A DNA stretch of 64,000 bases. Source: Eledone cirrhosa. Lineage: Eukaryota. Below the pieces are notes generated by a model. That model saw nothing but the letters and a program-made list of their open reading frames with translations, was not told the origin of the DNA and did not search any database. The position numbers and the translations under genes are program-made. The stretch's first letter is position 1. Each line of letters begins with the position of its first letter. This document shows positions 39,291-53,511 of this stretch, one piece after another. Where the stretch lies: NCBI GenBank assembly GCA_964016885.1, contig OZ024741.1, positions 133,672,001-133,736,000 of the forward strand, read 5' to 3'.

Positions 39291-42200
39291 TTAACATCCC
39301 GAAAACAGAGGCTATATTGACAGTAACAAACTAGCCAATATACGAAGAAATATTGTAAGAAAAAAGTTACTAACTGATATAGAAATTGATCAGATCAAGC
39401 TAGTTGCACAAAGTCAGCGAAGGGAAAATGAAGCATGTGTCAGTGAAAACGAGGTAAACTGTAACACTTCGAATCCCAGGGTTGGGGCGGAATCACTGGC
39501 AACAGAACAAATTAAAGAAAGGAGCGAAAAAGTGGAGGGAGTGCATGCTCAGGATGAAACTCCAAATGAAAATAATGAGATCGTAAATGATAAAGAAATG
39601 AATGAGAATGAACTTGCCAACTTGAAGGATGAAATTATGATCGAATGGATGAAAATGAAAGAATCTGACATGGGGCAACGAGACACCCTCCCTAAGATCC
39701 AGAACTCCAAACAGAACCAAAAGATAATACACAAGACTAACATAATTCTCAAAAACATTATCATCACAAACAAACTAAACATTACTGACTTAAATCATCT
39801 CTATTGTGCATCGGCTAAAGTCACCACTCACTTATGTGGAGTGAAGATGAAAAAACAAAGGAATTCCCACAAGAAATCTACTTGGCAAGATAACATCAAT
39901 CGCCAAATAAACCTTCTCCGATCTGACATAGAAATTTTAACAAACTATAAAGTAGGTGAACATGTTAAACAAACTAAACTTAGAAAATTGAAAAAAAAGT
40001 ACAGTATAAGATCAACATGTGACATAGACATGCTGATAGAAACAATCAAGCAAAAAGTGTCGGCCAAAGCTGCTCGTATAAGGCGCTTTGAAAAACGATC
40101 TAGATTCTATAAGGACAATAATATGTTCAAAAACAACCAAAGAAACTTCTACAGAAAAATTGGTAAGTCAACAATAACTGCTAAATCAATACCACCCAAG
40201 GAGGAAGTGCAAGAATTCTGGGAAAAGATCTGGGCCGAAGAAAAAGTTCATAACATACATGCCCCATGGATAGACAGACAAATGAAAGAAACAGCTCACC
40301 TTGAAGAACAAACATGGGAAAATATAAGTTGAACAGTTGCGCTTGGCTCTAAGAAAAACCAGCAAATGGAAATCCCCAGGAAAAGACAAAATACAAAACT
40401 TTTGGATAAATGCCTTCACAGAGTCTCATGAGCTGTTAGCCCAACTTTACAATGAAATAGTTAAGGAGCCAGAAAGGATACCATCATGGCTAGTTAACGG
40501 CATTACATTCCTGCTACCGAAGAATGATGAGACAAACAATCCCAAAAATTACAGACCGATCACCTGCTTGACCACAATGTATAAAATTTTAACATCAGTC
40601 CTAACTGAATACACATATGACCACCTGATAACAAATGACCTATTTCCCATTGAGCAGAAAGGGTGTAAACGAGGCTCATATGGCTGTAAGGATCAGCTTC
40701 TGGTTAACAAAATGATACTGGAAGATTGTCATAATAGACACAAAAATCTATCGATTGCTTGGATAGATTATAAAAAAGCATTCGATAGTTTGCCACACAG
40801 TTGGATTGAAAAATGTTTAGAGATTTTCAAAATATCCCCCGTTGTCAGGAGGTTTTTGTCATTCAGTATGAAGACATGGAGAACGACACTCCTTTTGAAT
40901 AGTGAAACAAAATCACTGGAAGCTGGAGAAGTTAATATTAATTGTGGAATTTTTCAGGGTGACTCTTTATCACCGCTTTTATTCTGCATCGCACTTATAC
41001 CATTAAGTAAAATGCTCAATGAAACAAAACATGGATATAGAGTCTATGACAAAACCATTAATCACCTGTTCTACATGGATGACCTGAAACTATTTGCAAA
41101 AAATGATGAACAATTGCAAGGGCTATTATCCACTGTGAAGCAGTTCAGTGATGACATTAAAATGGAGTTTGGACTGGATAAATGCGCCAAAGCAACGTTC
41201 ACCAGAGGAAAGCTGCTGAAGAGTTCAGACATTAATCTTGATCGGGGGAACGTGATAAGAGAGCTTGATCAAGAAAAAACTTACAAATATCTAGGTGTTT
41301 GTGAAGGAGACGGAATCAAGCACTCGACAATGAGGGAAAGGATAAGGAAGGAATGTTACCGCAGAGTCAGAGCAATCTTAAGAACGGAATTGAATGCAAG
41401 GAATAGGATCGATGCCATAAACACGCTTGCCATACCAGTAGTAACCTACAGTTACAATGTCATCAACTGGTCAAGCACAGAGATCCGTAGGGTCGATACA
41501 AAAATCCGAAAATTCTTCACCATGCATAGAATGCATCACCCTAAGGCAGACATAGATAGAATATATCTCCCTAGGAAAGAAGGAGGACGTGGGTTAATCC
41601 AGTTAGACATTGCGTTGAAAACTGCAACAATTGGATTATCCACATATCTAAGGGAATCACATGATTGGATGATCAAACTTGTTTTGAAACACGAAAGCAC
41701 CAAAAGATCATATTCCATTACAAAAGATGCACAAAGATACAGTAATGGACTACAAATTTCAGAAGTTCCATTTACTGCTGAAATGGAAAACACAGAAAAA
41801 GCAAAGCAGGTAAAAGTAACTGCAAAGAAAGAACTGCTACAGAAACTGGCTAAGAAATGGCAAGAAAAGCCTCTGTATGGAAGATACCCAGAACGAGCTA
41901 ACAATCCTGATGTTGACAAAACTTTAACCCATCAGTGGTTGGCATCCTCTGGACTGAAATCGGAGACTGAAGGACTGATTATATCGGCACAAGATCAGTG
42001 TCTGCCAACAAAAAATTACCAAGCCAACATAATAAAAAATGGGTGCAGCCCATTATGCCGTGTATGTAAAAAACAACCAGAGACCATTGACCATATAATT
42101 TCAATGTGCAGTCCTATAGCTCCAACCGAATACCTAAACAGGCATGACAGAGCTGCACAATACATACATTGGATAATGTGTAAGCATTTTGACCTGCCCC

Positions 42201-42762
42201 ATCAAAAGAATTGGTGGGAGCATCAACCACCTCCCATACTTGAAAAAGATCACATCTCAATCTTGTGGAACTTTAGCATCCAAACAGACCGAAAAATAGA
42301 TGCAAATAGACCTGATATAATATTGAAGGACTTTCAAAGGAGGGTATGCCTGCTAATTGATATGTCTGTTCCAATAGACAAGAATGTATGTATAAAAACA
42401 TTTGAAAAATTGAGCAAGTATAAGGACCTGGAGATAGAAATTGGAAAAATGTGGAAATTGAGAACTAAAACAATACCAGTGGTTGTAGGCGCTCTGGGAA
42501 TGATACCTAAGGGGTCTAACGACTACTTATCGCAAATCCCAGGAAACCCGCGTATAGGAGAAATACAAAAGATAGTACTAATGGGAACTGCCCATATACT
42601 AAGGAAGATCCTGTCAATATAAGTACATCACAAGTCTAAACACTAAGGATGCATGTGTGAATATGTATGTTCTTTCTTGAACATGGCGGACCTTGTTGTC
42701 TCTTGAGGTCACTGGTTGTAACTTGGTGATAACTCGTATGAACATAAAGCAAGATAAATGCA
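39291..42762 (+). mobile_element. R4/Dong-like element family D2, near full length
   Basis: ORFs 39532-40332 and 40337-42622: RT (DYKKAFD, QGD, YMDD), CCHC finger, RHD, RPDI..D REL nuclease; ends in (TAA)n. Confidence 0.92.
40337..42622 (+). CDS. RT + CCHC + REL endonuclease reading frame of D2 (N-terminus frameshifted)
   Basis: 761-aa uninterrupted frame with all core RT motifs and the PD-(D/E)xK-type nuclease. Confidence 0.85.
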   Translation: MRLALRKTSKWKSPGKDKIQNFWINAFTESHELLAQLYNEIVKEPERIPSWLVNGITFLLPKNDETNNPKNYRPITCLTTMYKILTSVLTEYTYDHLITNDLFPIEQKGCKRGSYGCKDQLLVNKMILEDCHNRHKNLSIAWIDYKKAFDSLPHSWIEKCLEIFKISPVVRRFLSFSMKTWRTTLLLNSETKSLEAGEVNINCGIFQGDSLSPLLFCIALIPLSKMLNETKHGYRVYDKTINHLFYMDDLKLFAKNDEQLQGLLSTVKQFSDDIKMEFGLDKCAKATFTRGKLLKSSDINLDRGNVIRELDQEKTYKYLGVCEGDGIKHSTMRERIRKECYRRVRAILRTELNARNRIDAINTLAIPVVTYSYNVINWSSTEIRRVDTKIRKFFTMHRMHHPKADIDRIYLPRKEGGRGLIQLDIALKTATIGLSTYLRESHDWMIKLVLKHESTKRSYSITKDAQRYSNGLQISEVPFTAEMENTEKAKQVKVTAKKELLQKLAKKWQEKPLYGRYPERANNPDVDKTLTHQWLASSGLKSETEGLIISAQDQCLPTKNYQANIIKNGCSPLCRVCKKQPETIDHIISMCSPIAPTEYLNRHDRAAQYIHWIMCKHFDLPHQKNWWEHQPPPILEKDHISILWNFSIQTDRKIDANRPDIILKDFQRRVCLLIDMSVPIDKNVCIKTFEKLSKYKDLEIEIGKMWKLRTKTIPVVVGALGMIPKGSNDYLSQIPGNPRIGEIQKIVLMGTAHILRKILSI

Positions 42763-42778
42763 AATAATAATAATAATA

Positions 42779-43597
42779 GTACCTTCTTTGAGAAAACTGA
42801 ATTCAGAGATCCACAGACATGGAACTGGTTGAAAAGAGGAGACCTTAAAAAGGCTACAGAAGGAATGTTAATGGCAGCGCAAGAGCAGGCCCTCAAAACG
42901 AAGTGGTTGAAACACCATATTTACAAGGAGGAGGCTAGCCCACTGTGCAGGATCTGTGGAGAGAGAGAGAGGAGACTGTGGCTCACATTGTATCCGAGTG
43001 TAAACACCTAGCCCAGACTCACTATAAGGGCTGGAGACATGATGTGATGGGTAGGGTAATCCACTGGCACCTATGCAAAGTAAACAATTTACCACATTCT
43101 GAGAAGTGGTATGAGCATAAGCCAGAGTCGGTGATAGAAAACGATCAGGTGAAGGTGCTGTGGGATTTTAGGATACAGACGGACAAGAAACTGGAACACA
43201 ATAGACCTGACCTGGTGGTTTTGGACAAGGAAAAAAGATCGTGCCTGATTGTGGATGTGGCCTCCCCATTCGACACGAGAGTGCAAGAGAAGGAGAGGGA
43301 GAAAATTAACCAATACCAGGACTTAAAGTGGGAGGTAAAAAGGATTTGGAACTGCCATGAAGTCAAAGTGGTCCCGATTGTCATAGGCGCACTAGGTACT
43401 ATCTCAAAAAGTTTCCAGGGATGGTTAAAGAAAATTGGCCTCGCCACGCTTTTTGGAACGATTCAAAAGGCATGCTTGCTGGGAACAGCAAGAACCCTCC
43501 GATACGTCCTGAATATCTGAGGCTGCAGGTAGTGGCTTGATATTCATTTCAACAAACTTTCCAGTTAACTAACATCAATGACTGAGACTCAAAGAAC
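42779..43597 (+). mobile_element. R4/Dong-like D1 3' fragment
   Basis: TEGMLMAAQEQAL, CRICG, RHD, RPDLVV; same 3' UTR as 37433-37793. Confidence 0.88.
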
Positions 43598-43614
43598 AAT
43601 GATAATAATAATAA

Positions 43615-46600
43615 TGATTTCTTTATTGGCCATAAGGGCTGACATCAAGAAAAACATTACAGACGGCACAGGACGGTACAGGACAGTACGATGTGGGTTT
43701 TGTGCGTGTAAATATTTTTATTATTTATATAAGAAAAGAAAAAAAAGACATAGAAACATATATATATATATAAACAATAAAAATGAAAATTGAAACAATG
43801 AAAAATTCCCCAATAGGGGGGAAACCTCCGAGGGTTACTCGTGGCGAAAACCACACAAAAGACCACGGCCACCCTGACCACCAGGGCAAGAGCCCTCTCT
43901 CAATTTTTCCATTTCTCAAACTACAGACGTATATTCAGAGCGGTCCCGTTCACTCAAACGATTCTCGCTACATTCACCCACCTTTCAACAAACTTGCTAG
44001 AAAGCAGCACTTGCCTCTCCACCCTCATTTTCTCTTCAAGTGAAACTTGAAAAAGTTAATAAGGGATTCGCCGGATAGGAAAGTGTCTGTCTTTAACCCT
44101 TTCAACCTTGTCCACCACACAATCTCTTTCGCCATGGCCACCAGGCAGATGAAAACCGCCTGCCCTTCCTCCTCGAAGGAAGACGGCGAAACCATCTGCA
44201 CAATGGACTCAGTCGATAACCGGATCAGTCCTACATGCGACAGCAACTCTTCGACATAGCTCCACAAGTCAGCAATGCTCGGGCACTGAACGAGTGCGTG
44301 CACGACGGTTTCGTCGCTCTGCATGCTTCTCGGACAGGCTCGGCTGACGGCAATTCCGTGCCTGTAGAGCTTATCTCGAACCGGCAGCGCTTCCCGGTAG
44401 CACTGCCAGGCCAGGGATTTTTGGAAGTTATCCATAGGCCCTGGGCTGAAAGTTCTCCGGAAGAGAGCAAACAGCTGATCTTCGACGCCCAGGATCTCTC
44501 CGAGAACGTCGTCGCTCTTCCCCTCCACTAGTCCTCTATAGAACGCCGAGGTGGATGTTCCACCGATACTGGTGCCCAGCTGGCAGAAGGCAGTGAGCGC
44601 CTGGAGACATTTCAGTTTCCAAGCGCTATCCCTCGGTCTTTTTCTGACCCAGGACTGCAGCTCCGCCAAGGAGTCGAGCTGTGGGAAAACGTGCCTGGCG
44701 GACGGCGACCACACCTGTTCACCGTCAAGGAAGCACCAGAGATGTCACAGCCTCAGCGCATGTTTGCCCATCATCAGCCATGGCATGCCTAGTCCTCCAC
44801 GCAACGAGTGTTGACAGCAGATGGATCGTCTGACCATGGGAGCGCGTCCCTTCCACAAAAAGCGGAAGAGGAGGCGATCCATTTTGGTGAGAGTTGGGTC
44901 GGGGCAAGGGACGACGGTGAGGCGGTATCAGATGATGGATGTGATGTACGCATTCGCCACCTCCTCCCGGCCTTTCAGGGACAGCTTCCTCTCGGCCCAT
45001 TTCTGGGTGAGGGAGGCCACCTTGCTCGTCACCTCGTTCCAGTTTTTCTCCATCTGGAGGTCCGGACCGAACCAGACCCCGAGCAATTTAACCGGTCCGT
45101 CCATCCAACGCCCCACGACGCTGTCGGACGGCATAGACTTGCCTCTCCAGGTGCCGAGCTGCAAACCCATCGACTTTTCCTGGTTTATCTTTGCTCCTGT
45201 CACCGCTTCGTATTCCTTGAGAGCGGTGCCGAGCATCTGGACGTGTCTGGTGCTCGACACCACCACGGTGACGTCGTCGGCGTAAGCCGACTCGGATTTC
45301 CCGTATCCTAGTTCGCGTGGGACGCCCCTCATCTCCCCCAGTTTGTGCAGTAACGGCTTGAGAGCCAATACGTACGAGAGGGCCGAGAGGGGACAACCCT
45401 GCCGGACCGAGCGCATGATGCTGAATGGCTGCGACAGGTGACCGTTCACCCTCACAACTGAGCAGATGTCGCTGTACATCGCAGCGATCCAACCCCTGAA
45501 AACGGGCCCGAAACCGGCTGCCTCGAGGACCGCCGCCAGGTACCGATGGTCGACCCTATCGAATGCTTTGGATTGATCCAAGTTGATCAGGGCCCCACCC
45601 GTGCCAGGTTCCTTAACCACCCTCTCTATGATGTATCGCATGAGATGGAGGTTGTCATGTATGGATCTGTCCGGAATGGCGCTTGTCTGCGCTTCTCCCA
45701 CCAGAACCTTGACGACAAGCGCCAACCTCGTTGCTAACACCTTGGCCAAAATCTTGAACTCTGCATTTAGCAGGGTTATGGGCCTGAAATTATCAATAAC
45801 ATCCCCCTTGTTCGGGTCTTTTCTCAGCAACGCCACCGCTCCCCGGCTCACAAAACTGGGTATGCTCCGTTCTGCTGCCAGTTGCAGTAGACGTCGTTGA
45901 GAAGGTGACCCTGCTTCCAAGATGACCCAGGCCACGTGCATTTATACTGCCTATTCTGAGTACGGCCATGTTGGATGAGAAACGGGGCAAGTGAGAAAGG
46001 GTCACTTACCTTGATTGTGTGGTGAAGGGACAGTAGAACCGTCCCTTTGGCTGGTCATGGGTGTTTCCTAGAGGATGTCAGTGTATATCCTCTTGGTAAC
46101 TGACCCTCTGAAGTCTCCAACAGCGTTGGGGAATTTTTGTTTTAAAGGTTTGTACTGTTCTATTGAGATTTCAATGATGCTTATGTTTATCGGAAGAGTT
46201 CTTGGGGTTGAGGTGTAGTAGTTTTTTCTGTGATGTCTGTGTGCTGCTTTATATATTGTATGAGTTGTTTTTTTTGCCGTGTTTATGGCTGTGTACTTTT
46301 TGGGGGGAAGGGGTGATTTTGTTGCTGTTTGGTGTGTGTGTTTTGTTTTGTTTGCGTTGTTGGTGTTTTTGGTGATGCTGGTGGTGGTGTGGTTGTTGTT
46401 GGCGGTGGTGCTTGTGATGGTGATGGTGAGAGTGGTGGTGTTGCTGCAAGTTTCGTTGCTGCTTTTACCCCTCTTTGTGTGCCTTCGCTTTTGGAGGGTG
46501 AATCTAAGGGATTTTTTCTTTTTTGTTTTTTTTTTGTGGTAGACCGTTTGCCACTTCACTCCCGCCTCAAACTCCATGTCGGATTCCGTGGCGTCTGGGA

Positions 46601-47400
46601 GGGGTATGTGCTCCACGGCTGTTAGTGGTGGTAGTGGAGCCCTCTTCGGCAATTTTGTGGCTACTTCAAATGTTGCTGCCACTGATGCTGCTGCTTTAGT
46701 TGTCCGTGGCCTTGGTACGGGTGCCACGGAAGTTGCCCTCCTACTCACCGTGGAAGGGGCTTCTGCGTTTGTTGCCTGCCCTGCTCTTGGTAGCAGCGGA
46801 CCAGGTATTGGAAGCAGAGGGCCTTCTTCTTCGCTGTCTTCTGCGGGCAAAAGGCCATGAGGTGACCCTTCGACCCATAGAGATAGAATTTTGGCCGTCT
46901 TTCTTCAACGCTTATAGGGAGTTGGAGTCCTTCCTCGATGTCTATGATATCGGGGATAGCGTCGATACATTCCTGGTCAGTTTTTATAAGCATTTGCATG
47001 CCTACACCTGACCAGTTCTCTCTCCCTATTTTCTCTACTTGCAGCATGGTCGTCCTGTCCTCGATTCCAGCAAGGACAGACGCGGCCAGCCAAGGTATGG
47101 GCACGTCGGGTGGGACCTGGGTCACTTTGACCCTCACAATTTTCTACCCACAGTAGGAGGGCACCAAGATTATCTCCTTACTTTTTAGGGTTTCCAAAGA
47201 GTGAGACTTCGCTTCCTGGGGGGTGGCGAAAAGTAGTCTACTGTGGCGTACTTTCTGCCTCGGGTGATGTGAGTTTTGCGTGCCCAGACGCACCCCAAGG
47301 CCTTTGAGATTTGAGCCTCCATGGCTCGCTCCACCCGATGTGAGATTTTGCTTACGGTGCGGTAAGTCACCGTCCGTAGCTGCTGGTCCTTGAAAATAAT
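43615..47400 (-). mobile_element. L1/Tx1-like element (subfamily b), 5'-truncated, endonuclease deleted
   Basis: ORF1 pieces 46068-47370; RT 44928-45890 (DQSKAFD, RQGCPLS, YADD); C-terminal zinc finger 44025-44714; AATAAA then an (ATT)n tail. Confidence 0.9.
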
Positions 47401-48104
47401 CAGCCCTCAGAACGAAGTGGATGAAACACCATATTGATAAGGAGTAGGCTAGCACACTGTGTGGGATCTGTGGAGAGAGAAGTAGACTGTGGTTCACATT
47501 GTATCCGAGCGTAAACACCTAGCCCAACTCACTATAAAGGCTGGAGACATGATGTGATGGAGAGGGTGATTCACTGGCATTTATGTAAACTAAACAATTT
47601 ACTCCATTCTGAGAAGTGGTATGAGCATAAGCCAGAGTCGGTGATAGAAAACGATCAAGTGAAGGTGCTATGGGTATTCAGGATACAGACGGACAAGAAA
47701 TTAGAACGCAATAGGTCTGACCTTGTGGTTTTGGACAAGGAAAAAAGATGGTGCCTGATTGTAGATGTAGCCTGCCCATTTGACACGAGAGTGCAAGAAA
47801 AGGAGAGGGAGAAAAATAACCGATACCAGGATTTAAAGTGGGAGTTAAAAAGGATTTAGGACTGTCATGAGATCAAGGTCGTCCCGATTGTCATAGGAGC
47901 ACTAGGTACTATCTCAAAGAGTCTTCAAAGATGGTTAAAGAACATTTGTCTAGCCCCGTTTTTTTTGGAACACTTCAAAAGGCATGCTTGCTGGGAACAG
48001 CAAGAACCCTCCGATACGTCCTGACTACCTGAGACTGCAGGTAGCGGCTTGATATTCATTTGAACAAACTTTCCAGTTAAATAACATCAATGACTGAAAT
48101 TCAA

Positions 48105-48107
<3 letters not shown>
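47401..48107 (+). mobile_element. R4/Dong-like D1 3' fragment (decayed)
   Basis: ORF 47554-47859 homologous to 42945-43520; same 3' UTR. Confidence 0.85.
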
Positions 48108-48138
<31 letters not shown>

Positions 48139-48140
<2 letters not shown>

Positions 48141-51100
48141 CTTTCTTTATTAACCACAAGGGTTTACATAAAGTAGACATTGAGGATAGTACAGGACAAT
48201 ACAGGACGGTACAAATGGGCATTTCTGCGTGTAAAAAAAAAAAAACAGAGGATGTAATAAAAAATAACAATGAAAAATTCCCCAATAGGGGGGAGACTTC
48301 CGAGAGACATTTGTGGAGAAAGCCCATTAAAAGGCCACAGTGACCCTGACCACCAAGGCAAGTGCCCTCTCCCAGTTTTCCACCTTTAATTTACAGACAG
48401 ATACTCAGAGTAGGCCCATTCACTCGGGCCATACTTGCTTCTCTCACCCATCTTTCAACAAAATGCTGGGAAGAGAGCACTTCCCTCTCTACCCTGATTT
48501 TCCTTTTCAAATGAAATTTGAAAAAGTTAATCAGGGCATCACCGAAGAGGTAAGTGCTCGTCTTCAGCCCTTCCAAACGTGTCCACCATACTATCTCTTT
48601 CGCCATGGCCACCAGACAGATAAAAACCGCCTGCCCTTCCCGGCTAAAGGAAGAAGGCGGGACAATCCTCACGATGGACTCAGCTGATAGCTGGATCCGT
48701 CCTACACGTGACAGCAGGTGTTCGACATAAACCCACAAGTCAGCAATGCTCGGACACTGGACGAGTGCGTGCAGGACGGTTTCGTCGCCATGCGCGCATC
48801 TCGGACCTGTCCGGCTGACGGCACCTCCATGCCTGTAGAGTTTATCCCGAACTGGCAAAGCTCCCCGGTAGCACTGCCAGGCCAGGGATTTCTGGAAGTT
48901 GTCCATAGGCCCCGGCCCGAAAGTCCTTCCGAAGATATTGGCTAGTTATTTTCGCCGACGCCTAGAGTTTCTCCAAGTACGTCGTCGCTCTTCCTCTCCA
49001 CTAATCCTCTATAGAACGCCAAGGTGGAGATTCCACCGATCACATTGCCCGATTGGTCGAGGGCTGTGAGCGCCTGAAGACATTCCAGTCTCCAAGCGCT
49101 CTCTCTTGGTCTTCGCTTGACCCAGGACTGCAGCTCCGTCAAGGAGAAGAGCTGGGGAAAGACGTGTCTAGCAAACGGCGACCACACCTGATCACCGTCG
49201 AGGAAGAGGTGGAGATGTCGTAGCCTGAGCGCGTGTCTGCGCATCATCAGCCACGGCATTCCCAGCCCTCCACGTAGCGGGTGTTGACAGCAGATGGACC
49301 TCCTGACCATCGGAGCGCGTCCCTTCCACAAAAAGCGAAAGAGCAAACGCTCCAGCGCAGTCAGGCGGGGCTAAGGACAAGGTACGACGGTCAGGCGGTA
49401 GTAGATGACGGACGCGATGTACGCGTAGCCACCTCTGCTCGACCTTTCAGGGATAGCTTCCTCTCCGCCCATTTCTGGGTGAGAAAAGCCACCATGCTCG
49501 TCACCTCGTCCCAGTTTTTGTCCGTCTGGAGGACCGAACCGAACCAGACCCCTAGCAATTTAACCCGTCAGTCCGTCCAGCGCCCGACGACGCTGTTGGA
49601 CGGCATGGACCTGCCTCTCCAGGTGCCGAGCTGCAGGCCCACTGACTTTTCCTGGTTGATCATTGCTCCTGTCACCGCTTCGTATTCTCTTAGTGTAGTG
49701 CCGATCGCCTCGATGTGTTTGGCGTTCGACACCACTACGGTGACATCGTCCGCATATGCTGACACGGATCTTCCGCATCCTAGTTTGCGCGGGACCCCCC
49801 TCAACGTCTCCAGTTTGTGCAGTAATGGCTCGAGAGTCAATACGTACAAGAGGGACGAGAGGGGACATCCTTGGCGGACCGAGCGCATGATGTTGAACGG
49901 TTCCGAAAGGTGACCGCTCACTCTCACCACAGAGCAGATGTCGCTGTGCATGGCAGCGATCCAGCCTCTGAAGACGGGCCCAAAGCCAGCCGCCCTCAGG
50001 ACTGCCGCTAGGTAACGATGGTCGACCCTATCGAAAGCTTTCGACTGATCTAAATTGATCAAGGACCCACTTGTGCCAGGTTCCCTAGCTACCCTCTCTA
50101 CGATGTATCGCATGAGGTGGAGGTTGTCGTGGATGGATCTGTCGGGAATGGCGCACGTCTGCGCCTCTCCTACCAGACTACCAACGACAAGCCTCAACCA
50201 CTTTGTTAGCACCTTGGCCAAAATCTTGAACTCTGTGTTTAGCAGAGTTATGGGCCTGAAATTATCTGTTATCCCCCTTGTTCGGATCCTGTCTCAGCAG
50301 CGCCACAGCTCCTCGGCTCACAGAGCTGGGAATTCTCCCGTTCTGTTGCCAGTTGCAGTCAGTAAACGTCCGCCAAGAGGCCTCCGAACAAGTCTGGAAT
50401 CTGTACGTAAAGTTCATAGGGCAGACCATCCAAACCAGGCGATTTACCCCTTGTGGAGCCAGTCATTGCCTCCCGTACTTCAGCGGCTGTTATCAGCTTT
50501 TAGTAACACTCCGCCTCAGTGGCCGAGAGCCGCGGCAGTCCGTTGAGATAGACACTAAAGTCCATCCCTCGATTCGGCCCGCCGCTGCCCCCGAACAACT
50601 GGGCGAAGTGTCGCTGGAAAGCTTCACACATTTGCTCGGGATCGAGTAGCATGCGCCCGTCGTGGTCCACCAAATACCCGATCGTGGCTTTGTTGCCACG
50701 ACGCGCCTCCGCAATTCGGGCCCATTGAACGGCTTTCGTCCCCTCGTGTCTGAGAGCACGCACTCAAGCTCTGACAACCCAGCCTTCGTGCTTTGCATTG
50801 AAGAATTAGTCAAGGGCCAATTTCGCCGAAAGTACGTCGGTCGCGATGCCTTTGCTAAGCGCCTCGTCTAATTTTCTAACTAGTTCTCCCTCTGCTCTAT
50901 TTTTCTCTATTGCTAAAGCTTTACTAAATCTAATGTACTCTATTCTAATCGCTCTTTTCAGAGCAAACCACCACTTGTTGTTGACGATGGCCCCCGTCAA
51001 CTAGTTCGCTAATCCGGTCTTTGTAGGCCTTGCGCGCTGGTAAGGACGCGTTTAGCCGGGTCCTCGTCTATGAAGCCTATCTAAGTCAAGCACACAGATC

Positions 51101-53480
51101 ACGAATTTGTGGTCCGTGTAGCTGACTATCTTGAATTGTGGACAGCCTATGCTAGACCTATCTATTTCCCGACAAAATACTCTATCTAGATATGATCTGG
51201 ATGACCCTATGCGGTTTGTCCAAGTCCACATTGGCACATTCGGGAAATCCAATCGGTACCTGTCAGACAGTTCAAAACGCCTGAGCAGGTTGGTGAGGCT
51301 CTTGCACCCTCCACCCCTATCCGCTAATCCCACACAGTCCCAGCGTGCATCTAAGATCCCGTTCCAGTCGCCCACTAACACTAAAGAGCGGGACGTTCCA
51401 AGAAAGGTCTCCAGACGCCGGAAGAAATCAGGCCGCCCTCCTCCTATCGGGGCATAGACGGCCACTAGCCTGAATGCTTGCCCGTCTCCGCTGGTCACGT
51501 CCAGCACCACCAACTTACCTTCTGGGTTCAGGAAGATGGCCCGTATGGCGAGATCCAAACCTCTCCGAAAAAGCACAGCAACTCCTTACCCCGATCCAGG
51601 ACGGCTGGGAGATGCGTACACATCGTAGCCGCCGAAGATCGGTGCGAAGATCCGTGCTTCGGAGATTCTGGTCTCGCTGATGGCCACTGCATCTATGTTT
51701 AGTGACCTGAGGTCGTTGAGCAGGTGGCCCTGCTTCCATGACGATCCCAAGCCACGCGCATTTATGCTGCCTATTCTGAGTGAGGTCATGTTGAAATGGA
51801 GTGGAAAAGATGGGAAAGACCACTTACCTTACTTCTCGTAGAGGAAGGATGGTTTCTCCATCCCTTTTCACTTGATCGTCTGGTGAAGGGACCGTTGAAT
51901 CGTCCCTCCGGCTGGTCGTCGGCTCTTCTGTGAGTATATCCGAATATACTGTCCGGTTGAGTGTCCCTCCTAGGTCTCTGAAATCAACTGCGTTGGGGAA
52001 TTTCGTTTTAATGTTTGTGTATTGTTTCTGTGCTATTCTTACCAGTCTTATGTTCGTTGGTGTTTTGATTGGTGCTGGTATTATGTAGTCGTGCTGTGAA
52101 ATGTCTGTGTGTTCAATTATGTAAGTCATTAGTTTCTTGTTGTGTGTATTTATTGCTGTGCATTTGTTTTTCTGGGGGTGGGGTGTGGTTCTGCTATTTT
52201 CTTGTCGTTGTTGCTGCGTGTGTGTGTTTTGTTGTGTTTGCGATGTTGGTGCTTGTGGTGGTGGTGTTGAAGGTGTTGTTGTTTGCGGTGGGGTTGCCGC
52301 CGGTGGTGATGGTGGTGCTAGTGTGGGTGGTGATGGTGTTGGTGGTGTTGCTGCTGTAAGTCTCTTTGCAGTAGCCTTTACCATTTTTTCATTTCTTTCC
52401 TCCCTTTTCGAAGGCGACGATGCGCTGCTTCTGCGTTTGTGCCTACTTGCGACTTTTTGCCATCCCTCTCCCACCTCACACTCCATGTCCGATTCTGTGA
52501 GGTCGGAGGGGGGTACCAGCTCCACTCTTTCACTTGTTGCTGCTGTTCTTGATTTCCGTGGTGTGGGTATGGGTGTCACGGACCTATACTTCCTGCTTGC
52601 CGCCTGTCCTGTTGCTGGTAGCAGTGGAGCCGGTTTCGGAAGGAGGGGGGTTTCTCCTTTCTTAGGGTCTTCCCATTGCAGAAGGCACTGAGGTGAGTCT
52701 TCGATCCACAGCGAAAGCATTTCGGGCGTTTGCCCTCAACACTTATGGGCAGTTGAGTGCCGTTATCGAAGTCTATCACATCCGGGATAACTTCGATGCA
52801 CTCCTGGTTGGTTTGGATTAACATCTCAATGGAGGTGCCGACCTAATCTTCTCGTACTTTTTTCTGTACTTGCAGTACAGTTGTTTTGTCCTCGATTCCG
52901 ACGAGGACAGACGCGGCCAGCCAAGAAGGGGCCATCCCGGGGGGAACGTGGGTCAGTTTGACCCTCACAATTTTTTGCCCGCAGTAGGAGGGCACCAACA
53001 CCATTTCTTCGGTCCTTAGGGTCACTAAGGATTGAGCCTTTGCCTCCTGGGGTGTGGCAAAAAGCACGTCCACGGTGGCATATTTCTTGCCTCGGGCGAT
53101 ATGCGTTTTCCGCTGCCACACAGACCCTAAGGCTTTTTGTATTTGAGCCTCTGTGGCTCTTTCAACCCTACGTGATTTTGTGCTTACTGTACGGTACGTG
53201 ACCGTGTAGTGCTGTTGGGTTTCGAAAAATGTTTCGGCTGCCTTGAAGATTGCTCGGTGTCCGGTTTTCGTCACCATCTTCTTTGCTTCCTGTAATTCCT
53301 CATTTGTTATAAGGATGGTTTCCAGGTTCTTTGCGATACCTGCAAACGAGATTGGTTTTTCTTTCTTGATGTTGTTGTCGTTAGACCTGCTGTTACTTTT
53401 GTTGTTGCTGCTGGTACTACGACCGCCGCTGCCGCTGTTGCTGTGGTTGTTGTTGTTGTTGTTGCCGCTGCTGCTGTTTT

Positions 53481-53511
<31 letters not shown>

